Shown here: positions 25,058 to 37,992 of the stretch, piece by piece
Position numbering within the stretch: position 1 is the first letter of the stretch
Layout of the letters: each line of letters opens with the position of its first letter
Source: Chiloscyllium plagiosum
Taxonomy: Eukaryota
Assembly: GCF_004010195.1 (NCBI RefSeq)
Contig: NC_057753.1
Coordinates: 3,915,866-3,979,865, forward strand
Length of the DNA: 64,000 nucleotides
Direction of reading: 5' to 3'
Program-made: the position numbers and the translations under genes
Notes under the pieces: generated by a model
The model's input: only the letters and a program-made list of their open reading frames with translations
Databases searched by the model: none
What the model was told of the DNA's origin: nothing

Positions 25058-25160
25058 CAGTTCTGAAGAAGGGTCACTGAATTTGAAACATTAACTCTGC
25101 TTTCTCTCTGCAGGTGCTGCAACAAATGCTGAGTTTCTACAACAGTATCTGTTTTTGTTA
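25058..25160 (+). mobile_element. Penelope-like fragment (family D) with decayed hammerhead motif
   Basis: agttCTGAAGA-AGGGTCACTGAATTT-GAAACATTaact; stem I agtt/aact. Confidence 0.6.
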
Positions 25161-25884
25161 CCTTTTCTTTCAATCAGTCTTTGGAAACCTTTTCCACAGA
25201 GACTGGAGGACGTCAATGAATACTATTAAAGCAAATATAGATAGATTTGAGGGAGCAGGCATTAATGTGATTTGAGGTCACAATTAGATCAGCCATGATC
25301 CAACAATATGGTGGGAGGCAGACGTGAAGGGCTGAATGGCTGGAAGTGATATGGTAACATGTTAACAACACCGACATCCCCACATACTCAACTTAATCAC
25401 ATACTTTAGACATATTGCTCGTGCTCTTTGATCACTGACTGAAAATGCTGCAAGTCAGGATTGTGCCAAATGGCTCTGTCGGAGCACCTTCACCAAGCTG
25501 TGGTTAAGAAGATGGTGTTCCACTGTTTGGTAGAACAATCCACTGGGGAGTGGCGTTATCTAAACTTTGTCTTAGATCCAATGCCCACAAACAAATAAGT
25601 TAATGCCTCCACACAAATCTTTGTTTGTAAAATAACATATAGACAAACACTGTCCACGCAAAATAATCAAGTTACTTTCCTCAGACTCTAACAGAAAGCA
25701 AACAGCAAACCTTCCCCAGTCCGCGAAGTGAAGAACGGATTTCAAGTGTCGTATAGGAGCTGGAAATATCAGATGCACATCGAAAGACTTAGAAGAATAA
25801 AAGAAAAGAAGATAATTGCTGAGATGATGTTTCTCCTCATGGAAGAGCCTAGGATTAAAAGGAATTAAGGGGCGCCAAGTTAAG

Positions 25885-26630
25885 ACCATAAAACCATCAA
25901 ACATAGAAGTGGAAGTAAGGCCATTCGGCCCATCGAATCCACTCCCCCATTCAATCATGACTGATGGGCATTTCAACTTCACTTACCCACACTCTCCCTG
26001 TATCCCTTAATTCCTTGCGAGATTAAGAATTTATCAATCTCTGCCTTGAAGACATTTAACGTCCCGGCCTCCACTGCGCTCTGTGGCAATGAATTCCACA
26101 GGCCCGCCACTCTCTGGCTGAAGAAATGTCTCCTCATTTCTGTTCTAAATTGACCCCCTCTAATTCTAAGGCTGTGCCCACGGGTCCTAGTATTCCCGCC
26201 TGACGGAAACAATTTCCCAGCATCCACCCTTTCTAAGCCATGCATTATCTTGTAAGTTTCTATTGGATCTCCCCTCAACCTTCTAAACTCAAATGAATAC
26301 AAAGCCAGGATCCTCAGCCATTCGTCATATGTTGGGCCGACCATTCCAGGGATCATCCGTGTGAATCTCCTCTGGACACGCTCCAGTGCCAGAATGTCCT
26401 TCCTGAGGTGTGGGCCCCAAAACTGGACACAGTGTTCTAAATGGGGCCTGACTAGAGCTTTATAAAGTCTCAGCAGCACATCGCTGCTTTTACATTCCAT
26501 CCCTCTTTAGATAAATGACATTACATTTGCTTTCTTAACCATGGACTCAACCTGCAAGTCAATCTTTAGAGAATCCTACACTAGCACTCCTGGATCTGTT
26601 TGGACTTTGGCTTTATGAATTTTCTCATTT
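25885..26630 (-). mobile_element. CR1 3' fragment
   Basis: 173-aa ORF with LYKALVRPHLEHCVQFW..LWNSLPQ. Confidence 0.92.
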
Positions 26631-26744
26631 TTAAGGCGGAGTTGAAGAATTTGTTTTTCTCTGAGAGGGTTGAGAGTCTTCGGAACTACTTGCCAGTCAA
26701 GGTTCTGGAGCAGAATCTTTGTGTATATTTAAGGTTGAGACAGA

Positions 26745-27920
26745 AACTTAGAAGATAGGAGAAGGCCATTCAGCCCGTTGAACCTGCTCCACTGTTCATC
26801 ACGATCATGGCTGACCCTCCAATTCAAAAGCCTCATCCTGCTTTCTTCCCATTTGATCTCATTCACTCGGAATGCTATACCTCGCCGCCTCTTCGATGTT
26901 TTGGCATCAACTCCTTCCTGTGGTAATGAATTCCACAGGCTCCCCACTCTCTGGGTGAAGAAATGTCTCCTCATCTCCATCTTAAGTGGTCTGCCCTGAA
27001 CCGTTAGACTGTGACCCCTGTTTCTGGATACACCCACCATCGAGAACTCGCTGAGTCTGCCCTGTCTGGACTTGTTAGAATTTTATAAGTCTCTATGGCC
27101 CCTCCCCCCATTCGCCTGAACACCAGCGAAAACAATTCTAACCTAGTCGATCTCTCCCCAGACGTCAGTCCCACCATCCCCAAAACCAGCCTGGTAAACG
27201 TCAGCTTACTGAGACCAAAGTGCCCACAGTATTCTAGGTGTGGCCTCACCAAGGCACTGTACAGCTGCAACAACACATCTCTGTTCCTGTACTTGAAACC
27301 TCTCACAGTGAAGGCCAACGTACCATTTGCCTTCTTTCCCGCCTGCTGCACCTGCGTGCTTACCTTCAGCGGCTGGTGCACACGGACATCCAGGTCTCGC
27401 TGTACTCTCCCCTCTCCCAACTTACAGCCGTTCAGGTAGTAATCTGCCTCCTCGTGCTTGCTTCCAAAGCAAATCACCTCACATTTATCCAAATTATCCC
27501 GCATCAGCCAGTGATTTGCCCACTCACCTAACCTGTCCAGGGTTAGGGTGAGGGTTAGGGTGAGGGTGAGGGTTAGGGTTGCTGAAGAGATCTCTGCAAC
27601 CCTGTTAAAGTTCACCGCCCCCACCCCCCCACTCCAACTTGGCATCTGTAAACTTTTGACACGTGACATTTTGTTCCCTCATCCAAGATCATTAATGTAC
27701 ATTGTGAATAGCTGGGGTCCGAGCACCGATCCCTGGTTACTAGTTACTACCCTGTCAATTTGTAAAGGACCCTTATTATCTGCTCTTTGTTTCCTGTTTG
27801 CCAACCAGTTTTCTATCCTGCTCAATACACTTCCCCCACTCCCGTGCACTTTAATCTTGCACAATCATCTCTTACGCAGGACTTTGTCAAATGCTTTCTG
27901 TAAGTTCCAATGTACCACCA
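26745..27920 (-). mobile_element. CR1 RT/3' fragment
   Basis: QGSVLGPQLFTMYINDL, LDRLGEWA, LVRPHLEYC. Confidence 0.9.
27540..27580 (+). repeat. Interstitial telomere-like repeat (TTAGGG/TGAGGG)
   Basis: GGGTTAGGGTGAGGGTTAGGGTGAGGGTGAGGGTTAGGGTT. Confidence 0.85.
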
Positions 27921-28069
27921 TCTGGCTCCCCCAGAGATAGATTCTTGACTAGTAGGGGAATCAAGGATTCCATGGAAAATACTAGAAAGTGGATGTGAGG
28001 GATGTCAAGTTAGCGATGGCCTCACTGGATGGCAGAACTGGCTTGAGGGACGAATAAACTGAGTACTTA

Positions 28070-28328
28070 GTGCCAGGGTTCGATTCCAGCCTCAGATGAC
28101 TGTCTGTGTGGAGTTTGCACATTCTCCCAGTGTCTGCGTGGGTTACCTCCTGGAGCTCCGGTTTCCTCCCACAGTCCAAAGATGTGCAGGTCAGGGTGGA
28201 TTGGCCATGTTAAATAACCCACAGTGTTAGGTGCTTTAGTCAGGGGTAAATGGGTCTGGGTGGGTTACTCTTCAAAGGGTCGGTGTGGGCCAAATGGCCT
28301 GTTTCCATACTGTGGGGAATCTAATCAA
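28070..28328 (+). mobile_element. HE1/V-SINE-type SINE
   Basis: B-box, V core, tail. Confidence 0.88.
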
Positions 28329-29129
28329 AAGAATCTACTGTTACTATTCCTTATGGTCTGATAGAAAATCCAAATAGGAGGCAAGGTACCTGATATAAAT
28401 TATCTAAAACCATGATGGTGCAGTAACATATAGAAACACAGGAAATAGGAGGAGTAGGACACTTGACCACATAAACCTGCTCCATGATTCATAATCATCA
28501 TGGCTGATCATGGAGCTCAATACCTTAACCCAGCTCTGCCCCCATATCCTTTAATCTCTCGTCACAAGAACTATATCTACCCTCTTCTTGAAAGAACAGA
28601 ATGTTCTGGCCTCAACCATTTTCTGTTCATTACTTTCTGGGTGATGCAATTGCTCCTCACCCTAGTCCTAAAAGGTTAACCCTTATGCTTAAACTCTGAC
28701 TTCTGGATTTAGACTCCCCCACCACCAGTCACACTCTTCCTACATCTAACCTGTCTCGCCCTTTTAACTTTTTTTTAGGTTTCTATGAGATCTCCCCCCT
28801 TTCATTCTTCTGAACTCTAATGAATGCAGCACTAACCGACTCAACCTCTCTCAGAGTCTTACAGCATGGGAAACACACCCTTCAGTCTAACCAGTCCGTG
28901 CCAACCACATTCCCGAACTAAACTAATCCCACTTGCCTGCGCTTGGCCCATATCCCTCCAAACCTTTCCTGTTCACGAGCTTATCTGAATGTCTTTTGAA
29001 CTGTTGTAACTGTACCTGCTGACACCACTTTCTCGAGCAGTTCAGTCCAAACATGAACCACTCTGTGTTCAAAAAAATGCCTTTCATGTCCTTACCAAAT
29101 CTTTCTCCTGTCACCTTAAAAAATATGCC

Positions 29130-29310
29130 TCATTCCTTCCCCCCAATTTATCTCTCCACCCTGGAGGCTTCCTGTCTCTATTCCTGATGAAGGGCTTTTG
29201 CCCAAAATGTCGATTTTCCTGCTCCTCGGATGCTACCTAACCTGCTGTGCTTTTCCAGCACCACTCTACTGTTGACTCTAATCTCCAGCATCTGCAATAC
29301 CCCACCTCTA
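29130..29310 (+). mobile_element. Penelope-like terminal fragment (family A), decayed hammerhead
   Basis: CTGATGA-AGGGC-TTTT-GCCC-AAAATGTC from 29184; flanked by CCTTA(A/G)AAATATGCC-like duplication. Confidence 0.75.
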
Positions 29311-29524
29311 CCTTAGAAATATGCCCCCTAGTTTTCAACTCTGCCACTGTAGGGAAAAGACCATTCATGATTATCTGTGTCCCTCGTGATTTTATAAACC
29401 TCAGTAAGGTTGCCCCTCAATATCTTACGTATCTGTGAAAAAGTCCCATTTTTATATCTCAAGCCATCCATTCCCAGCAACATCCTGGTAAATATTTTCT
29501 GAATTCCCCCCCGCCAGAATAATA

Positions 29525-29985
29525 AATCATAGAATCCCTAGTGTGGAAACAGGCTCTTCAGCCTGAAGAAGGGCTTATACCCGAAACGTCGATTCTCCTG
29601 TTCCCTGGATGCTGCCTGACCTGCTGCGCTTTTCCAGCAACACATTTTCAGCTCTGATCTCCAGCATCTGCAGCCCTCACTTTCTCCTCTTCAGCCCAAC
29701 AAGTCCACACCGACTCTCTGAAGAGTAAACCCACCCAGACCTATTCCCCTAGCCTATATTTACCCCTGACTAATGCACCTAACCTACACATCCCCAAACA
29801 CTATGGGGCAATTTAGCATGGCCAATTCACGTAACCTGCACATCTTTGGACTGTTGGAGGAAACCAGAGCACCCGGAGGAAACCCACGCAGACATAGGGA
29901 GAATGTGCAAACTCCACACAGACAGTTGCCCAAGGCTGGAATCGAACCTGGGTCCCTGGTGCTGTGAGGCAGCAGTGCTAACCAG
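29525..29985 (-). mobile_element. HE1-type SINE interrupted by a PLE fragment
   Basis: SINE tail and body separated by 29563-29686; TSD CTCTTCAGCC. Confidence 0.88.
29563..29590 (+). ncRNA. Minimal hammerhead ribozyme motif (PLE family A)
   Basis: CUGAAGA-A-GGG-CUUAUA-CCC-GAAACGUC; core intact. Confidence 0.6.
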
Positions 29986-31039
29986 GAGACTAGAACTCAC
30001 ATAGTACTCCCGAACAGGCCTCAACAATGTCCTGCACAATCTCAACATGATATCTCAACTCCTCTACTCAAAGGTCTGAGCAATGAATGCAAGCATACCT
30101 TCTTAACTGTCCTGTTACCTGTGACACAAATTCCAAAGAATTATGTACCTGAACCCCTAGGTCTCTCTGTTGAACAATTCTACCCCCAGGGCCCTACCAT
30201 TAATTGTATAAATCCTGTCTTTGTCTGTTGCTATGGTTCTGGAGTTATATCAGGCAAAGATGGCAGATCTTCTTCCCAAAAGACATTACTGAAGTAGATG
30301 TGTTCCTCACAGCAAAATAAGCGACTATTACTGAGACTTGATTTCAATTCCTGTTTTAATTATTTGAACTGAAAGCCCAGCAGCTATGACTGCAGGATTT
30401 GAACCCAAATCATTGGTCTTGACCTCTGGAATACCAATCTAGCTTGACATTAACAGTATACAACCATTTCCCAAACCCCACACTTTGCCATCCTACCCGA
30501 GAGTCTTAAGCTGCCCTGCCACTGTCGTCTTGAAAACAAACGTAAAGCCACAGGAATACACTAACCGAGTGATGACAAACCAATTTCTTAAACTCAACTA
30601 ACTCAAGTCCAAAACCAGCGACTCCAATCTGGTCTGTGACAAATGATCGGTCAGCACTATCCAGCTTGTCACTGTGGGTGGGTGAAAACCCTTCCGTGTA
30701 TCTCACTGAGGTGGGCAGCCTCAGTGTTAAAGGCCTGGCGGAGTTAAAGGGTAGTGTGCAGTGGGAGGATCCCATGCAAAGTCTGAACCTCTGCATGAAA
30801 GCTGATGCATTCTGGTTAACCCTGTGCATTTTCACACTTCACAACTGCCCCCTCTTCAAAACATGGAGGGGAAGGCGAATAATTTGGCGTTTCACATTCA
30901 CAACAGAACCCGTTTACGCTCTGTACACCGTTCCACCATTACACTCACAGCGACTGCACATTGAAGACAGAGGTGTGGAGGCATTGGAGGGAAGTGAATC
31001 TGTGGCATTCTTGATTGCAAAGAGCGGTTGAGGCTGGGT

Positions 31040-31330
31040 TTTTCTTGTTCATTCACAGGATGAGGGCGTCACCAGCATTTATTGCCCATCCCGAATTGCC
31101 CAGAGGGCAGTTAAGAGTCAACCACATTGCTGTGGGTCTGGAGTCACATGTAGGCCCAGACCAGATAAGGATGGCAGTTTCCTTCCCTGGAAGAGATTAA
31201 TGAACCAGATGGGGTTTTTCCAGCAATTGAGAATGGATTCATGGCTGTGGCAGGATTCAATCCTGGGTCCCTAGAACATTATCTGGGCCTCTGGATTAAC
31301 AATCCAGCGATAATACCACTAGGCCATCAC
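31040..31330 (-). mobile_element. Deu-SINE (SacSINE1-like) element
   Basis: CAGAGGGCAGTTAAGAGTCAACCACATTGCTGTGGGTCTGGAGTCACATGTAGGC..GAACCAGATGGGGTTTT with a tRNA-like head at the right end. Family assigned from memory of the consensus. Confidence 0.7.
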
Positions 31331-32399
31331 CAAGGCCAAGTGGTATCGTCAAAGCTGAGATGGAGATATTTTGAAATCCATAAGGGAATCGAGGATTCTG
31401 GGAAAAGGCAAGAAAGTGAAGTTGAGGATCATCTGATCAGCTGTGATCTTCCTGAATGGTGGAGCGACTCAATGGGCTGAATGATCTATCCCTGCTCCTA
31501 TGTCTCATGGACCCATTATTAAATTCTGCTCCACTTCAGTCACGACATTCTCCTACTTTCTGCACCCTCAACTCAATGGGATGCCTTTGCTTCGGAGACA
31601 GGGAGGACTGCAGGTGCTGGAAGTTAGAGAGCATCTGAGGGACAGGAAAGTCAATGTTTTGTCTGACCTGCCATGCCCTTCCAGCTTCAGATCAATACCT
31701 TTGCTTCACTGGTTTGGGCCTCTCCCTTCAATACTGACACACTTCCCCAACTTGCCTGTCCCTCCCACACACACAATTACCATGACAACAGCCCTCACCA
31801 AAGTGTTCCAAATGACAACTGTTTAATTGTTTCTATAGGCTGTCCACATCACTTGGGAGTCAACATTAGTAGGCTCCACACCTCTCCTTGCCTCTGGAGT
31901 TCATGAGCGTCTCTGCAAAGCTCCATTCTTGACGCCTGACCTCCCCTCTTCCTTTGCACACTTCCTTCTGCCCCTTCGTCTCCATGTCAGCCTTCTCTCA
32001 GTGCTGCTGCTGCTGTTACTCTCAGTATCCAAAGGCCAGAGTCATTGTTACTAGTGTCAAGAGCAGAACGGGGCTGACTCAGTTCAGTTAGGGCTGAGGC
32101 TGGCTCTCAGGCTGGACCCTATCAATTCTGGCAGCTCACTCAGGCTCATGTGTCAATCCTGCCATCGCAACAATCAATTTGGAACATCTTCGCTGCACTG
32201 TAGCAAGAACATTCTCCCTCAGATAAGGGACTAAAATTGCACACTATTCAGTTTGCAGCCTTCATAGTGCCCTGTCTAACTGCAGCAAGACATCCTTGTT
32301 CCTGTACTCAAACCATCTTGTTATGAAGGTCAACATACAGTCTATCTTCATTACCACCTGATACATCTAAGCACTCCCTTTCAGTGAATTGTGTACAAG

Positions 32400-33285
32400 G
32401 ACTCGTTGAGGATTCACATGGGGTCCAGGTTGTATTAGCTAGATGGATAGAGAACTGCCTGGGTAGCATAAGACATAGACTAGGAGGGCAAGGGAGTTCC
32501 TCAAAATGGAGAACTGTGACCAATGGTGTTCCACAGGGATCCATGTGGGGACCACTCTTGTTTGTGATATACATTAATGATCTGGGGGAAGGTATGGGTG
32601 GTCTAATTAGCAAGATTGGTGAAGTAGCAGATAGTGAAAGGGACTGTCAGAGAATGCAACAGGACAGATTGGAGAGTTAGGCAGATGCCATTCATTCCGG
32701 CCAAATGCGAGATGATGCACTTCGGAAGATCCAGTTCAAGAGTGAACTATGCAGTAAATGGAAAAGCCCTGGGGAAAGTTGGTGTACAGAGAGATCTGGG
32801 TGTTCAGGTCCATTGTTCCCTGAAGGTGGCAACGCAGGTTGATAGAGTGGTCAAGAAGGCATAGAGCGGTCAAGAAGGCATAGAGCATGCTTTCCTTCAT
32901 CGGACGGGGTATTGAGTACAAGAGTTGGCAGGTCATGTTGACAGGTATAGACAGGATGGATAGCAAGAATATTTTTCCCAGAGTGGGGGACTCAATTACT
33001 CGGAGCCGTGAGTTCAAAGTGAGAGGGAAAAAGTTTTAGGGAGATATATGTGGAAAATTCTTTGTGCAGAGGGTGGTGGGTGCCTGAAACGCATTACCTG
33101 CGGAGGTGCTAGAGGCGGGCACAGTAGCATCATTTAAGATGTATCCAGACAGATACATGAATGGGCAGGGAGCAGTGGGATAGAAATACTTAGAAAATAG
33201 GCGACAGGTTTAGATAGAGGATCTGGATCGGTGCAGGCTCGGAGGGCTGAAAGGTACTGTTCCTGTGCTGTAATTTTCTTTGTTC
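32400..33285 (+). mobile_element. CR1 RT/3' fragment with deletions
   Basis: GVPQGSMWGPLLFVIYINDL, QRDLGVQVH. Confidence 0.9.
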
Positions 33286-33929
33286 TTTGTTGAACCCCAA
33301 GGTTCCGCTACTCCTGAACGCCCCTTACAAATTGTACCGTCAAGCCTGTATTGTCTCTTCATGTATCTTCTACCAAAGTGCAACAGCTCTCGTTTCTCTG
33401 CTTTGAAATTCCTCTGCCAAGTCCTGCCCATTTGGCCAACCTGTTGGTGTCCTTTCTGATGTCGCTCAGCATGTGGAGAGAGAGAACCGAGTTAATATTT
33501 CAAGTCCCGTGATCCCTCTTCAGAACTGAAGATTCGTTTCAGATTTCCAGTGCCCACAATCCTTTGTTTTATGACCAAAAGATTCAGGTTCAGCTGCTCG
33601 ACAGGAGCGACGTGAGAGGCTGTTTAGCCCAATTGGCAAGTGGAAAGGGAGGGGAGTGGCAGAGACAGTCAATCAGGTTATCCCAGTTTCAGTGATGAAG
33701 AATCGTCACGAGCTCCTCATTCTTGTTGGAGTGAACTTAAAGGAGACTGGGAGATGGAGTACCTTTCCCAGAGGAACAAAGCTTTGTTAGAGACTTAAAA
33801 AGAGTCAGCATATTTTGTGTTCCCGAAAACACAATTTAACTAACTAGAATTTAACACATATAACTCGGCTGGACTTTATTAACATCTACAGAAAACAGAA
33901 CCCAATGTTTGTCTGGATGTGACAAAAAG

Positions 33930-34905
33930 GTTGTGAACTCGCTGATGTGTCAGCAGTTTATGAGAGTAGACAATAGGTGCAGGAGTAGGCCATTCTGCCC
34001 TTCGAGCCTGCACCACCATTCATTACTATCATGGCTGATCATCCTCAATCAGTATCCTGTTCCTGCCTTATCTCCATAACCCTTGATTCCACTATCCTTG
34101 AGAGCTCTATCCAACTCTTTCTTAAACGAATCCAGAGACTGGGCCTCCACTGCCCTCTGGGGCAGAGCATTCCACACTCCCACCACTCTCTGGGTGAAGA
34201 AGTTTCTCTTCATCTCTGTCCTAAATGGCCTACCCCTTATTTTTAAGCTGTCCCCTCTGGTTCGGGACTCAGCCATCAGCGGAAACGTTTCCTGCCTCCA
34301 GAGTGTTCAATCCTTTAATAATCTTATACGTCTCAATCAGATCCTCTCTCAGTCTTCTAAACTCAAGGGTATACAAGCCCAGTCGCTCCAGTCTTTCAGC
34401 GTAAGGTAGTCCTGCCATTCCAGGAATTGACCTCGTGAACCTACGCTGAACTCCCTCAATAGCCAGAATGTCTTTCCTCAAATTTGGAGACCAGAACTGC
34501 ACACAATATTCCAGGTGTGGTCTCACCAGGGCCCTGTACAGCTGCAGAAGAACCTCTTTGCTTCTATACTCAATCCCTCGTTATGAATCCCTTCTCAATT
34601 TGGAGCATGGGAACAGCCTCTTCCCACTGCCGTGTGGAGTGAATTGAGATGATCACCCGAATCCTGTCTCACAGCGAGTGGTCTCTCCCCTGTGTGAACA
34701 CACCGATGGTGCATCAGTTTCCTTGAACTTTAATAATGCTTTTTACAATCTGGGCACGTAAAAGGTCTATCCCCAGTGTGAGGTTATTGGTGTGGGAGCA
34801 GGATAGGAGAATCAGTGAATCCATTTGCACACACCGAGCAGGTAAACAGACTCTTACCTATCAGCAAGTGAGATGACTCGGTAAATTCCTTCCCAAACTC
34901 AAAGA
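33930..34905 (-). pseudogene. C2H2 ZNF pseudogene disrupted by a CR1 insertion
   Basis: Minus strand reads FTCSVCANGFTDSPILLPHQ*, PFTCPDCKKHY*SSRKLMHH, then LLTHQRVH after the insert. Followed by sequence resembling the gene 1 3' UTR (33865-33930). Confidence 0.8.
33964..34580 (-). mobile_element. CR1 3' fragment inserted in the ZNF pseudogene
   Basis: RPHLEYCVQFWSP; candidate TSD TTATGA at both ends. Confidence 0.92.
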
Positions 34906-37439
34906 CAACGATATTACAATTCGAAATAAACTGTTGCTCACCTAGCACTAAATGATGGATTTGCAATCTGATAATTTAGCAACAGCATAGGAGTTGAAAG
35001 AGATGGCGGTGAGGCTTGGCTTGGTATTGTCAGTGTGCATCCGAAATCTAATAGTCTGGTTTTGGAGAATGTCGCCCAGTGGCACTGTGTAGATAGAAAG
35101 AAGGGGAGTTATTATTCATTTGGGGGAAATATGCATTCGCAAGCCCCTTGCTGTAAGTCTACAGTAGTGAGTAGGTTCTTTCCTGATTTAATATTTTATT
35201 GAGATCTGTCTCTTGATTAAAATTTAAAAATATAAACCATAAGTACTGAAGCTCTTTTTTTAGAGCAAAAAGATGGTGCTATTTTCTGGGCCTGTAGATT
35301 GTGAAGGAGCAAAGATGGCCTTTTGTGGAGTGATGTGCTCTTCCTGTCAGATGTGGGAGTTTAGGGAGCGTTTCCATGTTACTGATGATTATGTCTGCAG
35401 TTAGTGTTTTTGGTTGCAAATCCTATCAAATCGCATGGATCAGTTGAACCTGCAGTTTGAGGCAATGAGGCATTTACAAGAGCTGGGGGTGTGATGAATG
35501 GCAGTTATAGGAAGGGAGAAAAGCCACAGATACAGTAAGGTAGATGGGTTAACTCCAGGAAAGGTAGGAGGGGTAGGCAGGTAGCGCTGGAATCTCATGT
35601 GGCTATCTCCATCTCAAACACGTATGCTGTTTTGGAAAATGTAGGGGATGATGGACTGTCAAGGAATATAGCACGAACAGCCAAGTTTCTGGTATGGAGA
35701 AAGGCTCTAATGTAATGAGGTGTACGTCAGGTTCCAAGCGTCAATTGAGATAGGGACTCGCTAGTCAGAGGCAGAAACAGATGTTTCTGCAGTCAGCAGT
35801 GAAAAATCAGAATGGTGTGTTGCCTCCCTGGTGCCTGGATCAAGGATGTCTCAGAGAGGGTGCAGAGTGTTCTCAAAGGGGAGAGGGCATTGTCCACATT
35901 GGAACCAACAATATAGGAAGGGAAAAGGATGAGATTCTGAAGGAGAATATAGAGAGTTAGGTAAGAATTTAAAAAGGTCCTCGAGAGTAGTAATATCTGG
36001 ATTACCACGAGCTCGTGAGGGCAGGAATAGGAGGATAGAGCAGATGAATGCGTGACTGAGGAACTGTGCAGGGAAGAAGTGTTCACATTTTTGGATCTTT
36101 GGAATCTCTTCTGTGTAGGATTGACCTGTACAAGAAGGACGGATTGCACCTGAATTGGAAGGAGACTAATATACTGGCAGGGAAATTTGCCAGAGCTGTT
36201 CAGGAGAATTTAAACTAGGAAGGTAGGGGGACCCAGAGAGATAGTGAGGAAAGAATCAATCTGTTGGGAAAGGGAATGAGTCCAATAGACTGGGCAGTCA
36301 GGAACAAGGTCGGACTGTTAAATTAAACTGCAATTATTTCAATGCAAGAGGCCTAACAGGAAAGACAGATGAACTCAGTGCATTGTTAGGAACATGGGAC
36401 TGGGATATCATGGCAATTACAGAGACATGTCTCAGGGATGGACAGGAGTAGCAGCTTAATGTTCCAAGATACAAATGTTACAGGAAGGACAGAAAAGGGG
36501 TGGCGAGGAGGGGGAGTGGCATTTTTGACAAGGGATAGCATTACAGCTGTACTTAGGGACAATATTCCTGGGAATACTTTCAGGGACATTATTTGGGTGG
36601 AACTGAGAAATAAAAAAAGGATTATCACCTTACTGGGATTGTATTATACACCCCCTAATAGTCAGCGCAAAATTGAGAAACAAATTTGTAAGGAGATTTA
36701 GTTATCTGTAAGAATAATAGGGTGATTATGATCGGGGATTTTAACTTTCCAAACACAGACTGGGACTGCCAAAATGTTAAGAGTTTAGATGGAGAGGAAT
36801 TTAAGTGTGTACAAGAACATTTTCTGATACAGTATGTGGATGTTCATTCTAGAGAAGGTGCAAAACATGACCTACTCTTGGGAAATAAGGCAGGGCAGGT
36901 GACTGAGGTGTCAGTGGGGGAAACTTTGGGGCCAGCGACCATAATTCTATTAGTTTTAAAATAGTGATGGAAAAGGATAGACCAGATTTAGAAGTTGAAG
37001 TTCTACATTGGAGAAAGGCCAATTTTGACGTTATTAAGGAAGAACTTTCAAAAGCTGATTGGGGGAGCAGATGTTCACAGGTAAAGGGACGGCTGGAAAA
37101 TAGGAAGCCTTCAGAAATGAAATAACGAGATTCCAGAGACAGTATATTCCTGTCAGAGTGAAAGGAAAGGCTGGTAGGTATAGGGAATGCTGGATAACTA
37201 GAGAAATTGAAGGATTGGTTAAGAAAAAAAAGGAAGCATATGTCAGATACAGACACCAGAGATCGAATGAATCCTTAAAAGAGTATAAAGGCAGTAGGAG
37301 TATACTTGAGAGACAAATCAGGAGGGCAAAAAGGGGGCATTAGATAGCTTTGACAAATAGAATTAAGGAGAATCCAAAGGGTTTTACAAATACATTAAGG
37401 ACAAAAGGGTAGCTAGGGAGAGAATAGGGCCCCTTAAAG

Positions 37440-37518
37440 GGCTTATGCCCAAAACGTCGATTCTCCTGTTCCTTGGATGCTGCCTGACCTGCTGCGCTTT
37501 TCCAGCATCACATTTTCA
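37440..37518 (+). mobile_element. Penelope-like fragment (family A) nested in CR1
   Basis: GGGCTTATGCCCAAAACGTCGATTCTCC..; TSD CCCCTTAAAG. Confidence 0.8.
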
Positions 37519-37741
37519 CCCCTTAAAGATCAGCAAGGAGTCCTTTGTGTGGAAACGCAGGAGATGGGCGAGATACTGAACGAGTATTTTGCATCAGTGT
37601 TAACTGTGGAGAAGGATGTTGAAGATATAGAATGTGGGGAAATAGGTGGTGACATCTTGAAAAATGGACATGTCACAGAGGTGGTGGTGCTGGATGTCTT
37701 GAAACGCATAGAAGTGGATAAATCCCCAGGACCTCATCAGG

Positions 37742-37992
37742 CGCCTCGGGCGACTGACTCTGTGGATTTTGCACGTTCTCCCAGTGTCTGCGTAGGTTTC
37801 CTCCGGGTGCTCCGGTTTCCTCCCACGGTCCAAAGATGTGCAGGTCAGGTGAATTGGCCATGCTAAATTGCCGGTAGTGTTAGGTAGGGGTTAAATGTAG
37901 GGGTATGGGTGGGTTGCGCTTCGGCGGGTCGGTGTGGACTTGTTGGGCCGAAGGGCCTGTTTTCACGCTGTAATGTAATGTAATCTAATCTA
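37742..37992 (+). mobile_element. 5'-truncated HE1-type SINE nested in CR1
   Basis: V core and (TAATG/TAATC)n tail. Confidence 0.88.

Larger units (their letters stand above)
28430..30230 (-). mobile_element. Nested CR1 3' fragments, interrupted by PLE and SINE insertions
   Basis: FKRHSDKLVNRKGLEGYGPSAGKWD; MLRLCRTLLRPVREYY. Confidence 0.75.

Noticed and set aside
30500..31030. ORFs 30506-30835 and 30636-31031 in non-repeat sequence
   Set aside because: No recognisable domain or exon signals; left unassigned.
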